Shown here: in pieces, positions 31,145 to 42,989 of the stretch | Layout of the letters: every line of letters starts with the position of its first letter | How positions within the stretch are numbered: position 1 is the first letter of the stretch | Source: Amphiscolops sp. MND2022 | Lineage: Eukaryota | Reading direction: 5' to 3' | Length of the DNA stretch: 64,000 nt | Assembly: GCA_964187785.1 (NCBI GenBank) | Contig: OZ076409.1 | Coordinates: 2,604,001 to 2,668,000 of the forward strand | Notes under the pieces: generated by a model | Seen by the model: only the letters and a program-made list of their open reading frames with translations | Told to the model about the DNA's origin: nothing | Database searches by the model: none | Program-made: the position numbers and the translations under genes

Positions 31145-33289
31145 ATTAGGAAATGGAAAAGGAGAAATGAAAACAGAAAACCAGAAAACAATCAGTTTAA
31201 TCCATACAACCTGAAATAATGGCGCTAAATAATATAATAATTAGAAGAAATTATATATTAATATTTATGTAGTTATATATACTTACATACAGTATACTAA
31301 CCGGGATAAAGCTACTTGTGCAGTTATTAGTATTAATACGGTGCTATATAATTAATAGTAATACAATCACACCGCTCAGTAAGCGGCCTGAATGAATAAT
31401 GGCGGAACTGCGGCCGGGCAGCCGGCCTGAGATTTGCGCAGTGAAGCGGTGGCCTGGCGAGTGGCCTGAGAATGAAATTGCTACGAATCAATCTCTAACA
31501 CCAATTATGCTATTTTGTGAGTACATGTAAACCTGTTGATGCGTTAAACGAGTATTAGAATAACGTTATACATGTAATTGTCCATATAAACAAGTATTGG
31601 AGCTAACTTTGAAATACCGATATACTGCGGCCCAGGACATGGCCTGAAATGTAAATCTATAAAATCCATTGTAGAAATGGAAATTGTTAATGTTAATAGT
31701 GATTTTTTTCTGCTCCTAATGAGCCTACCAATCAATGCCTGCAATCTCAAATGATGCCTGGAGACAAAGAATGAAGTATGATGCTATTTTTACAGATAAA
31801 CCATGTTCAAGTGCTATACGAAGTAGACCGCGGCCTGAGACACGGCCTGAAATCTATTCTGACCAAATCCATCCTGGAATTGGAAATATCGACCCTCCCT
31901 AACCATTTCTCCGCTCTCACGAGAGAGCAGTGACGCAACGCATACAACAGTAAGCGGTATTGATTGATTGCATGCAATGTATGATGATTTTAACCATGTA
32001 AATGCAGTATTTAATTTGAGAATGCCAAGCCTCGGCCCAGACCTTGGCCTGGGATTGAATGTTCGATTTAGCTTGTTTTAATCTCCATAAATGAGTTGTG
32101 TTGCCTTGTTTAGAGTCAATTTCCACTCAACTAGATTGGGAAGAGACTCGAACCGTATTTTCGAGTTGATGCTAATCACTGAATTGTTTGTTGTTGATAT
32201 AATTAATCATTATTTTTCAGGAAATCATTTCATTTTGCCTCAACCGTTCCAGACTTTAGCCTGGGACCGAGCTTTCCCATTTATACTCGAATTTGTGATT
32301 TTAAGCTCTCATGAGTGAACTTTATGAGCTAATTTGTATTTCTTATTAAATAATCATCTCGCCGTGCAATATTTGAACCAAATTAATTTGGGAAGTTCTC
32401 ATTTTCCCAATTTCCAATTTGTTGCTTTGTTCGATCATTTCGCTCTTTGGGCGTGCGCAGTGACTAATTTTTTCACACTTTGTTCAGTTTCGGCGTCTTG
32501 AAAAGGCGGGGATTGGAGGCGAAGGGAAGCGGAGTCGCAACTCAGACAGGAAGTGGACGCTTGCTTTCCTCGGAAAGCATGAACAAACTGAGAGTCTGAG
32601 TTCGACAAAGCGGAACTGAGCTTCCTGTTTCTCCGCCTTGGAGGGACGCCGGGCTGAATGAAGCGTGAAAGTGGTGCGGATTTTTCCCCGCTTCACGTGG
32701 GTGAAAAGTATATATACTTTGGAAGATTGAATAATTCCAGTGAGAAATAATCTTGATAATTTCAACAAGTTGATAATTTGACAATTTCGTTAGAATCTTG
32801 AAATTCAATAATCATTCGTTGTAAAACAACTTTACTCTTCACTTTGAAAATACAATTGAAGATTAAAAAATCTCAATCTTTTCCCTCAGATTCCCGTTGG
32901 ATAGCCTCAAGCTTATAAACCTTAAACCCGAAAAATGCCTGAAAGATCCTCCAAAAGAAAGGCCAGGAGAGATTCAGTGACTAGTTCGTTAGGCGAGCCA
33001 GAAGCAACTAGTTTGAGAACTGAAAACGTTCCCAGTATTTCCGACCGAGACTTCTCTGAGTTATCTGAGAAAATTGAAAAGTCAGTGACTAGAAGAATAA
33101 GAGATGCCGAAGTTGGGCAGAGAGAGATTTTGAAAATGATCGAGAACTTATCCTCGAAAATAGACTCACTGTCCGGCCAACCACCCAATTGTGAAAACCT
33201 CGCCTTAGATTCCGACGAGACCGAAAATCAAGCCTCAACATCAAGGCCATCCATACTGAACGAGTTGCACCCATCGCAGGGTCAACACA
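31083..33289 (+). repeat. 3' LTR of Gypsy B
   Basis: Direct repeat of 16960-19166, followed by TSD GGAGT. Confidence 0.97.
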
Positions 33290-34680
33290 GGAGTATGTGA
33301 ACATATCTGACTACGTTATCGTAATTTTGAATGCTCGAATTTGATTGGCCGAAATCAATTCATTCCATTACGTCATATATTGCTCGCTAAAGTAATACGT
33401 GTTCGACGAATTGAATGTTCGACGAATTGAACAGTCCCCGCAAGAATTGACGTAGTGGAAAAAAGTTAGCGCTCAAGGCATGCTGTGTGCAGAAAGTGTC
33501 AATAGTGAAGAATCTCATTGTTCACATGTTGATCACATGTTGAGTTTAATTTAGTTCAGTGGTAAAAATAGTCAACAGCACAGCCGGTCAGTTGTGACGT
33601 CAAATAACAAAAATGTCACGTGTGTTAGTGAATCGTGAAGTGACAGTGGTTCAATAGAACAAAGGTTAGTAGAAAGAAAAAAGCAGATCGGTTCAATGGT
33701 ATTTTTACGAAGTAATTCAAAATAACAAATACTCTAGTGTGAGTAGAATTCGAATTGTAAACAAGACGGGAACGAATAAAGTCGGCGCTATATCTGAGGC
33801 TCAGTAACATCCAATTTGGTGAAAAATATCAGAAAAATCAGATGAAGAGCCTTCGGAGACAAAAAAAAGTTCGAAAAAAGTCTCACAGCGGCGAAAAAAA
33901 ATCGAAACAAACTCCTTTTAGTCTTTTCCGTCTTTGTATAAAGGTTAAAAAAATCAAAACTGAAAAGGGGGACCCTTTGCAATAACTTAGATGTGTAACA
34001 AAAATTTCGTCGCATTCGAGACTGTCTCAAGGAAAAAAACGAGTTATTGTAATAGTCGGGCTCTTGTATTATATGAAAGCGCCGACTAAAAACACTTTAA
34101 GTCTCTTTTCTCCTTAAAGCGCAGTTTAAAAGAATGTTTGGCTTCAGGCGTAGTAAGAACAGCACAAATCTCCACTCAGTGACATAATCCATTTGATGAG
34201 TACCCTAGTTGAAAGTGCTCAAAAGTTTTACATGCTTTTATAGGTTGCAAGGCTAAGTTATTAGGTTTTTTGGAGCTGCTTAGAGAAGTTTTCATGCTCA
34301 ATATTTTCATGCCGCGTCACTAATTTTTCAGGTATTTATCAAGATATCTCTACTACTGGTAAGCACGAGGAGGTTCAAAATTTTGCGCTATATCAGGACT
34401 TTTGACTTTATATCCAAAGTAAATTGCGTTATTCTAAAGAGGAGACAGAGGTTCGAAAAAAGTGATCCCATGTGACACCCATCACATTATATCCAAAGTA
34501 ATATTCAGCTTAAACTTTGATCCAAAAGGCCCAATTTGGGATTTTTGAGAACTATGGAAGAGAATATATGACACGCTGAAGTACTTTTTGCTATTTTTGA
34601 CTTTCGTTTAGTATTAGGCAGGGCGGGGGGGTTGTGGTTTCGCCGACATATGCCGTTCCTGGCTGGTTGTACTTAATGTT

Positions 34681-34978
34681 TGTTGTTGACAAACATAAGC
34701 AAGTGACAACTAATGATTGACAGTTCTTTTTGAGCATGAAACCCCTAAAACTAATATGATTGACAACAACTTTTGACCTCTTACATAACAGGCTGGTATT
34801 TTCGCGTCTGGTTCAGACTGTATTCAATAATAAAGCACTAAAAAACCTTTCATACGGAAATTGTAAACCTCATGTGCAGTAAATACATACATGAAAACGA
34901 TCGCTATTTCTTTTGACATCATTACAGCTTCAAATTAACTCTTCGAGTTTTTACTCCTTTTTACTGTCGTCAGTAAAA
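34681..34978 (+). repeat. 5' LTR of Bel/Pao C
   Basis: Matches 42692-42989 with one substitution seen. Confidence 0.95.
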
Positions 34979-34981
34979 TTC

Positions 34982-35000
34982 TGGTGCCGCGACCCGGGAT
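34982..35000 (+). promoter_or_regulatory. primer-binding site (tRNA-His-like, tentative)
   Basis: TGGTGCCGCGACCCGGGAT lies 3 nt after the LTR. Confidence 0.8.
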
Positions 35001-35021
35001 TACCAAAAGCTCTCCCAAATT

Positions 35022-35182
35022 ATCCATCCTCCAATCGAGGGAATATCCATCCTCCAATCGAGGGAATATCCATCCTCCAATCGAGGGAATATCCATCCTC
35101 CAATCGAGGGAATATCCATCCTCCAATCGAGGGAATATCCATCCTCCAATCGAGGGAATATCCATCCTCCAATCGAGGGAAT
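35022..35182 (+). repeat. tandem array, 7 perfect copies of 23-nt ATCCATCCTCCAATCGAGGGAAT
   Basis: Units start at 35022, 35045, 35068, 35091, 35114, 35137 and 35160, with no spacers. Confidence 0.97.
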
Positions 35183-35499
35183 GTTCCTGGAACCCGCTGT
35201 TTCTGGGCCTGTCGAGTGGTCGGAGTGTGGAGTTGCTGGGCTGTCACCCGTGCTGTAACGAAGAAGGCAACCCCGTTCGAGGGGTCGTGAGTAAAACACT
35301 TGACAAAAAAACTAAACTGAAAAAAAATTTAATGTTTTTCTTGAATCTCTGAGGCATCAGCGCCTTCCCCTCCCTTTGTTTACTTTTCTCTGACACTTGC
35401 GTAGATCCTTGAGCACTTTTGATTTTTTCGAATCATAGTCACAATACCAGACGCAAAAGTGTAACCAGACCTTGATTTGATACTGATTTTGATTAGTCG

Positions 35500-36099
35500 A
35501 TGGTGTACATCATAGGCGCAAGCGGACTCAATGGATTGTTTCGAAAAATTTCCTATGCAGAAAAACGCCGGTACGGGCCAAAGATCTTCGCCGTGGGTGG
35601 CTTGAGTTTTAATCCTAAAGCAAAAAACAGGTTGAAAATCTTACAAAATTTGCTTAGGCAAGGTCCCCTGCGAGGTAGGCGGGACATTGTGATTTGGCAC
35701 GGGGTCATTAGCAACACTGTCTCTGCACATTCAACCAACAATTTCCAACCCTGTTCGGCCGAGGATCTTTTGCTCATACTTGCTGAGTTTAAAGACCGTA
35801 TTGCGGCAATTTTATACCTGCAACGCACTAGTGAAAGGATAAACATCGTTCGAAAACTCTTCCAAAGTAAAATTTTGATTTTGGACGTTCGCAGACACCT
35901 AATATCCCGCCTCAAAAGGCAAAATAGTTCTGTCCAGTCCGATTTGGGGCAAGTACATCCTAGTGTACGTTGCGAAAAACGTCTTTTTGAAACAATCCTT
36001 CGCCATCAAAATAACCTTAAAAGTCTTCTCCGGTTCAGAGCAGAAACCAAACGCCTTTCAAAGGAGAGAAGAGCGAGACTGAAATCCAAAGTCTTGTAG
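35500..36099 (+). CDS. ORF0: SGNH/GDSL-hydrolase-like protein (199 aa)
   Basis: Blocks YIIGAS, VGGLSFN, DIVIWHGVISN and GQVHP. Homologous to 60934-61542 in Bel/Pao D. Confidence 0.65.
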   Translation: MVYIIGASGLNGLFRKISYAEKRRYGPKIFAVGGLSFNPKAKNRLKILQNLLRQGPLRGRRDIVIWHGVISNTVSAHSTNNFQPCSAEDLLLILAEFKDRIAAILYLQRTSERINIVRKLFQSKILILDVRRHLISRLKRQNSSVQSDLGQVHPSVRCEKRLFETILRHQNNLKSLLRFRAETKRLSKERRARLKSKVL

Positions 36100-36396
36100 A
36101 AAATAACTCACCTTTTTGATAAGAGCGAATTATCAATCCAGCCCGTTTTTTGTTTCTCTAGCGCCTTTCTATCTCTTGGTTCATTTTTGCCCCAACTCAT
36201 TGGACACTAGACCGCCTAAGACGGTCGTGGCCTACCGAGTTGGGACTTGAGAATCATTACCTCCGCCCCGCACAGTTTCGTTTTGGCTAGGTTCTCTCTA
36301 CTCAACGGACAATAGACCGCTTTAGACGGTCGTGGCCTACTGAGTTGAGAGTCCTCGTTTTTTGCTCTTTTTTTCGACTTTTTTTTGAAGCAAAAA

Positions 36397-39300
36397 ATGG
36401 AAGCGTGTAGTTCTAAACCGGAATCATTGCTTGAAACAGCCTCCAGGCTGTTCAAATCCCGTAATAGATTTGAGAATGAGCTCAGAAATACATATGAAGA
36501 CCTCGAATCTGTGCTCACCTCTGATACCAAACGGAAAACGAAGGTCGAAAGCCTTTTAGGACGCGCCGAAGAGAAGTTGCAAAAGGCTATTACTACTAAC
36601 AACCAACTGAGAGACCTTGCCCCAAACACTAATGATCCTCAGAAAACTATCGAAGACCTAGACCAATGGCTCCAAAATGCAATGGCTTGTCACGACAAAA
36701 CCACGACAATGGCTCGGGATTATTTGGACGGCACTAGCGATAAGGCCACGGAAGATGCGGAATCTGTTCCATCCCATAAAAGCATTGGCTCACGCTCGCA
36801 TAAAAGTTCACAACCTTCTTCACGAGCTGCTTCCATGACTTCTAGCCAACGGCGACGCGCCCTAGAGGCTACTAAGTTACGAGCTCAAGAAGCCGAACGT
36901 CAAACTGCAGCTGCGATGCAACTTGAAAAGGACCGCTTCGACCTAAGACTAAAAGAAATTGCTGAAGAAAAACGGCGCAAATTGAATGAGCTAAAAATAG
37001 ACGAAATGGAGTTAGCAGATGATTCAAGTGTTGCGAATGTAAACTTGGCGCCTTTGGGTGTCAACGATGAGGATGGTGGCACTGGTAATCTAACTGCGGA
37101 TTGGGTGCACTCGATCGTGAATCAGACCGAACGGGAGATGGGCGTTCCTCTCCCAACTGATGTCGTTTCCCCAGCGAGCCGTGGCTTAGACCAGGCTACC
37201 AGCTCTATCCTCGACAATGTGAAATCTACTACTCACATTGAAGATAACCTGAATCAGTTTGCAGACAACGCGGCGACTGACCAATCTAATGTTATTGACA
37301 ACACCATTGTGCCATCACTTCAGCAACACTTGAACTTTAACTCCGAAGCCGTGGCAGAACTGCGACCCAACGTCTTTGGTTCGACTGTCATCTCCACTTC
37401 GCATTCGCAACAACGTCCTATTTTTAATGGACAGTCTTCGCTTCTGACTAATTCGTACGTTCCGAAAATGTCTCTTTGGGTGAATAACCATGCAGCCACT
37501 ACGACGTCATCGTCTCTTACAACTACGCGGCCTGCTCCGATCTTTACTGCTTGTACAAACACGAACGTCGTGTCAACAACTGCAGTAATTCCGCCGCGTG
37601 CACATGGTTTTGTTCATTATGGGAGCTCGCCCTTTCCCACACAAACGCTCGTCTTACCGAATACTGGGCCAATATCCGCGCCAACAGGTCACCTTACTCC
37701 TTTCGCTGCCTCAACAATTAACGTCGCTCAGCCCGGAGTCACAATGCAAAACTTAGTCGAAGCCTTGAAATCGAACCGCAAGGGCCTCTCCCGGAGTGGA
37801 CACTTTCCAAGTATGACGGAGACCTGTTGTCATGGCATGAGTGGTCGGGTCAATTCAAGAGTGCGATCGACTCAGCTAATTTGACGGACGACGAGAAACT
37901 CACCTATCTGAAAACTCTTGTGACTGGTAAAGCCAAATTAGCCATCGCTGACGTTGCGTACTCTGGACGGTTCTATAGAGATAGTCTGAAAACGTTAGAA
38001 CGCAAATTTGGCCAGCCAAAAGTAGTCGTGGGTGCCTATTTTGATAAGTTAGCTAGTTACACCCCTGTCAAAATACATAGCTCCGAACAAATATTTGATT
38101 TCGCGAATTTCATTGCAAGTATTATAGGTGTTTTCCGTTCACTGAACTACGAGAATGACTTGAGAGGAGCTGCTATGTTGAACCAAGCTGTTTACAAACT
38201 ACCACCAAATCTTCGCGAGCAATGGTCCATGCACACAGTAGTGAAAGACATGCTGCGACCTACGCTTATCGACTTTAACGATTGGCTCAAACGAAAAGCA
38301 GAAGCCCATGAGCGAATGAACGTCTCAGGAACAAGCAAGCCAAAGGCCGAAGAAAGCAAAGTCAAAAGTAACAGTAAGTCCTTTTCCGCCACAGCAGCAG
38401 CTACCGGGTCCACTTTGTCCACTACTCCCAGGCATGCGCGACGGACCAACCCGGAAAGTAAATTTTTGCCCTGCCCGTGTTGCAAAAGCAAACACCCATT
38501 GTGGAAGTGTGATGAATTTAAGACGAAAACACCTACGCAGCGCGCGAAACTTGCCGCTGATAACAATTTCTGCTTTCGATGCGTGAATGGTGTACATAGA
38601 GCCAGTGAATGCGACAAGGGCATACAATGTACATCTCCAGACTGTCAAAATCCACGGCAGCATAATACTTTGTTGCACGGCGCAAGTCGCATCTTTCCAT
38701 TGCGTCAGAAAAAGTCTTCTTCAATGAAGTCGAATAAAACAGCTAGCGCTACTGTCTCGAGCGGTAGTAAGTCTACCTGTAGTTATGCCGCAACGGATAT
38801 CGACACAAGGGGTCTTATACCTGTCGTTTTGGTGAAAGTCTCCAGTCGTTGTGGATCTGCGGAAGTCTTAGCTTTGTGTGATACTGGAAGCGTTCACTCT
38901 TGGGTATCTGACAGGCTAGCCAAATCATTGTCTCTCACCGGCTCTCCCTCGAAGGTTGCCCTCAGTGGCATTTTATCCAATCAAGAAGTCATAACCGAAC
39001 GTGTTGAAGTTGTAGTTTCGTCCCTGTATGCCGATCCTCCCTTTTCATTTGACCTTAAACCATTCACGAAGTCTTTGACACTCGGAAAGGAGCTCATTGA
39101 CATACCTGAACTACAAAAGCAACATCCGCATCTCGCTCCCATCCCTCCCATCGTTTATAATTTTTCCGATATTCAGCTCATCATTGGTCAAGACGCGTAT
39201 TACGCTATTCACCCAATTAATGCCTTCAAGGGTGACCCCATGAATGACCCGTGGGCTGTTCAGCTGCCGTTAGGGTGGGCTCTATGTGATGCCACATCTG

Positions 39301-42300
39301 AGCGAACGTCCGCTTCGTTTGTCTCTACGTGTTTTAAGGCTACAGTAGAAGACCTCTCATTGGCGGAACAGGTGAAAGCGTGGTATGATCTGGAATCTTA
39401 TGGTTCCTGCGTTCAAGCCGATCCTCGCTCTGCTGCGGATAAGCGTGCCAACAAAATCCTCGAGACAACCACCGTGCACGATGGAGACCGATACTCAGTC
39501 GGTATGCTGTGGGCGACAGACAACGTAACGCTGCCTAACAATTACTACGCTTCACTGGTCCAGCTGAAATCACTTGAACGGAGACTGGAAAAGGACCCAG
39601 AACTCAAATCAAATTATATCAAAACTGTCCACGATGATCTTCAAAAGGGTTATGTGATCCCCGTTGGTGAGTTCAACCCCGAATGCCGTTCCTCACGAGA
39701 TTGGTATTTGCCACATCACCCCGTGGTAAACCCGAACAAGCCGGGGAAAGTTCGACGGGTACTAAACGGGGCGTCAAAGTTCCATGGCAAGTCGCTGAAT
39801 AGTTGCCTGTTAACAGGCCCTGATCTCTTACAAGACCTGTTAAACGTCCTCCTTCGCTTCCGACAGTATCAGTATGCAGTTTCAGCAGATATTGAAGGAA
39901 TGTTCCTTCAGGTCGGTGTGCCTCCTCCAGATCAAACATGCTTGCGTTTTTTGTGGCGGGAGGACCCCACACAGAATGTGGAGACACTCCAGTACACGAG
40001 ACACATTTTTGGAGCGAGAGACTCGCCGACGTGCGCTAACTTTGCGCTTCAACAAACAGCTAGAGACAATGAAGCCACCTATCCTCTTGCCGCAAAAGCC
40101 GTCCAACAGAAGTTCTATATGGACGACTACCTCGACTCTGTTGAGTGTCCTGAAACTGCTTTGAAACTGAGTCAAGAGCTAATTGAAATGCTCAAACTAG
40201 GGGGCTTCAAGTTAACAAAGTTCATTAGTAACGTAAACGATTCATCTGAAACACTTGAACCGTCCGTTCCTGTCCCACAAGTTGAAGAAATAGTCCAACA
40301 CCCAACGATCACGTCGCATGTTTTAGGTCTCAAATGGGATCACAAAGCTGACACTTTGAATGTGAGCCGAGGCGTTAAGTTGAAGGAAAATCGACCCAAC
40401 ACACAACGCACTGTGTTGAGCACGGTCTCTGCCGTTTTCGATCCGCTGGGAATTGTCGCACCCTTTACCGTCGTTGCTCGCGTGCCCTTGAAAGATATTT
40501 GGAAACTCAAAGGGCAACAGTGGGACTATCCACTGCCCGAAGACCTCTCTCGCCGATTTGATGATTGGTGTTCCGGACTACCGTTGCTTCAAGACTTAAC
40601 AATCCCTCGCGCATATTTTTCTAGCCCAGTCGAAGAAATTGAACTGCATATGTTCGGTGACTGCTCCAAGGACATATTCTGCGCTGTAGGCTTCCTTCGA
40701 GCTAAGTGTCAAGGCTCAAATGTTGCGCATTTGTCATTCGTAGTAGGCAAAGCACGTGTTGCGCCTATGAAACCAATAACAATTCCTAAACTCGAGTTGC
40801 AAGCTGCCCTCCCCGCTTCACACTTACGTCAGAAAATCCTCGGTGCATTAACTTTTGATGTGCCACAGTCTTTCATGTGGACTGATAGCAGCACAGTGCT
40901 TCAATGGCTTGCTTCGGCAGACAAACAGCCTGTTTTTGTTGCGAACCGCGTAGCGGAAATTCTGGAAACCACAACAATCGACCAATGGTTTCACGTTCCT
41001 ACTGCTAATAACCGTGCAGATGCTGGAACGCGCGGACTCGCTGCAGCAGATCTTCCAAGTTGTTGCTGGGTTAAAGGGCCTAATTTCCTTAGAACATCCG
41101 ACTGGCCGTTTGAACCAGAACCATCTGCCATTTACAATATTAAACCAACGGAAACGTGTGCAACTGACGAATTACAGTCCAACTCGCTGGCAGCAGCGTC
41201 GCCGCCTAACTCCCCCGTCATAGTTTGGAGTAACTATAGTTCTTATCGCAAGCTAATACGAATTGTCGCTTTCCTGCGGCTTTCGCCTCGTTAACGCCAT
41301 TTTCGTTCCATAAATGGCAAAATTGAGGACCCGAGCGAGTTGGAGAATGCCGAAAAGAAACTACTTTACTTGTCGCAAGTAGAGTCTTTTTCTAACGATC
41401 TTCTTGCCGCCAAAGGACAAAAGTCCGGCAAACTCCGTCTCCTATCATATTCCCCTTTCGTTGGGCCTGATAATTTGTTACGCTCACGGAGCCGACTGTG
41501 GCGTCTTTCAGACGTTAGATACGACACCAAACACCCCGTAATACTTGATGGCAAACATCCTTTCGTCAAGTTAATGCTGATACATCTGCATCAAATGTAC
41601 CATCACCTGGGCTTTGACTACGTAAGAGCCCAAGTGGGCCATAAGTACATCATTCTGAAGATCCGCTCCATCCTCCGAACCATCCGCTACCAATGTATTC
41701 CTTGTCGAAAACGTGACGCCGTAATCGTAAACCCCATGATGGCAGACTTACCGAAAGAAAGGCTTGGTTATCTGGAACCACCCTTCAGTAACTGCGGAGT
41801 GGATTACTTTGGCCCTTTCTTTGTTTCTATTCGGCGCAGCTCGGAGAAAAGATGGGTGTTCCTGTTTACGTGTCTCACCACCCGAGCAATACACCTGAAA
41901 ATTGTTAGTTCTATGGACACCAGCGCGTGCGTTTCCGGAATTGAACGCTTTATAGCTCGGCGAGGAATGCCCAATGTAATATGGTCCGACAAGGGAACTA
42001 ATTTTATCGGGGCCGAGAAAGAGCTCCTCGAGGTCACCCGTCGCTGGAATGACTACGCACCAGCGGCACTCGTGTGTAAGGGTATTCGGTGGAAGTTCAA
42101 TCCGCCCAGCGCCCCGCATCATGGTGGGTCCTAGGAAAGAATGGTCCGGAGTTGCAAGAGAGTTTTCTACAGTATCCTAGGGAACCGTAGAGTGACAGAT
42201 GAGACTCTGAACACCACCTTCTGCTTGGTTGAACAAGCACTGAATAATCGCCCGCTGACGCCCGTTAGTGACGACCCGAACGAATTGGAAGCGCTAACGC

Positions 42301-42731
42301 CTAATCATTTTCTTTTAGGCCGATCATTCCAAGCATTACCAAGTCTAGTTCCGGGAGATGAACCAGATCTCCGCCGTCGGTACACTAAAGCCCAAGCCTA
42401 TGCCAACGCAATATGGGTTAGGTGGATGAAAGAATACGTACCATCGTTGCATAAGCGTGGTAAGTGGAACAAGCACTCTGATATCAGCCTGAAATCAGGG
42501 GACCTCGTGTGCGTTTTCGACAGTGCAAACCCACGAGGCTGTTATCCACTCGCTCGCATAACATCGTTGCGTTATGGAGCCGATTCCGTGTCCCGCTCCG
42601 CCGAGCTGCGAACTTCTACCGGTTCACTTGTTCGTCCGCTGGTCAAACTTGCTCCTGTCTTCGGGCCAACATCTTCATTGGAGGCGGAGGATGTTGTTGA
42701 CAAACATAAGCAAGTGACAACTAATGATTGA
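36397..42731 (+). pseudogene. Bel/Pao C gag-pol polyprotein, disrupted
   Basis: Frameshift near 37785 (apparent 2-nt insertion in LPEW), stop at 41292-41294, and TAG at 42132-42134 where GGVW is expected. Contains Cys/His knuckles, protease LCDTGS, RT, RNase H and integrase (VDYFGP, WSDKG). Confidence 0.93.
42680..42691 (+). promoter_or_regulatory. polypurine tract of Bel/Pao C
   Basis: GGAGGCGGAGGA abuts the 3' LTR. Confidence 0.8.
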
Positions 42732-42989
42732 CAGTTCTTTTTGAGCATGAAACCCCTAAAACTAATATGATTGACAACAACTTTTGACCTCTTACATAAC
42801 AGGCTGGTATTTTCGCGTCTGGTTCAGACTGTATTCAATAATAAAGCACTAAAAAACCTTTCATACGGAAATTGTAAACCTCATGTGCAGTAAATACATA
42901 CATGAAAACGATCGCTATTTCTTTTGACATCATTACAGCTTCAAATTAACTCTTCGAGTTTTTACTCCTTTTTACTGTCGTCAATAAAA
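42692..42989 (+). repeat. 3' LTR of Bel/Pao C
   Basis: Direct repeat of 34681-34978, followed by ATGTT. Confidence 0.95.

Larger units (their letters stand above)
16960..33289 (+). mobile_element. Gypsy B: full-length 16.3-kb Ty3/Gypsy LTR retrotransposon, recent, with antisense cargo gene
   Basis: Two 2207-bp LTRs (TGT...ACA) and TSD GGAGT (16955-16959, 33290-33294). PBS, gag and an intact pol are present. Confidence 0.97.
34681..42989 (+). mobile_element. Bel/Pao C: full-length LTR retrotransposon, defective gag-pol, intact upstream ORF
   Basis: 298-bp LTRs (34681-34978, 42692-42989) and TSD ATGTT. PBS, PPT and Bel-type motifs are present (WYLPHH, KVRRVLNG, FYMDD, LHMFGD, APHHGG). Confidence 0.95.

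Noticed and set aside
32935-33300. independent 121-aa gene
   Set aside because: It is the LTR-encoded start of gag duplicated in the 3' LTR and stops in the flank.
35022-35182. CRISPR array
   Set aside because: The units are contiguous with no unique spacers, there are no cas genes, and the context is a eukaryotic retrotransposon leader. The repetitive ORFs at 34913-35352 are by-products of the array.
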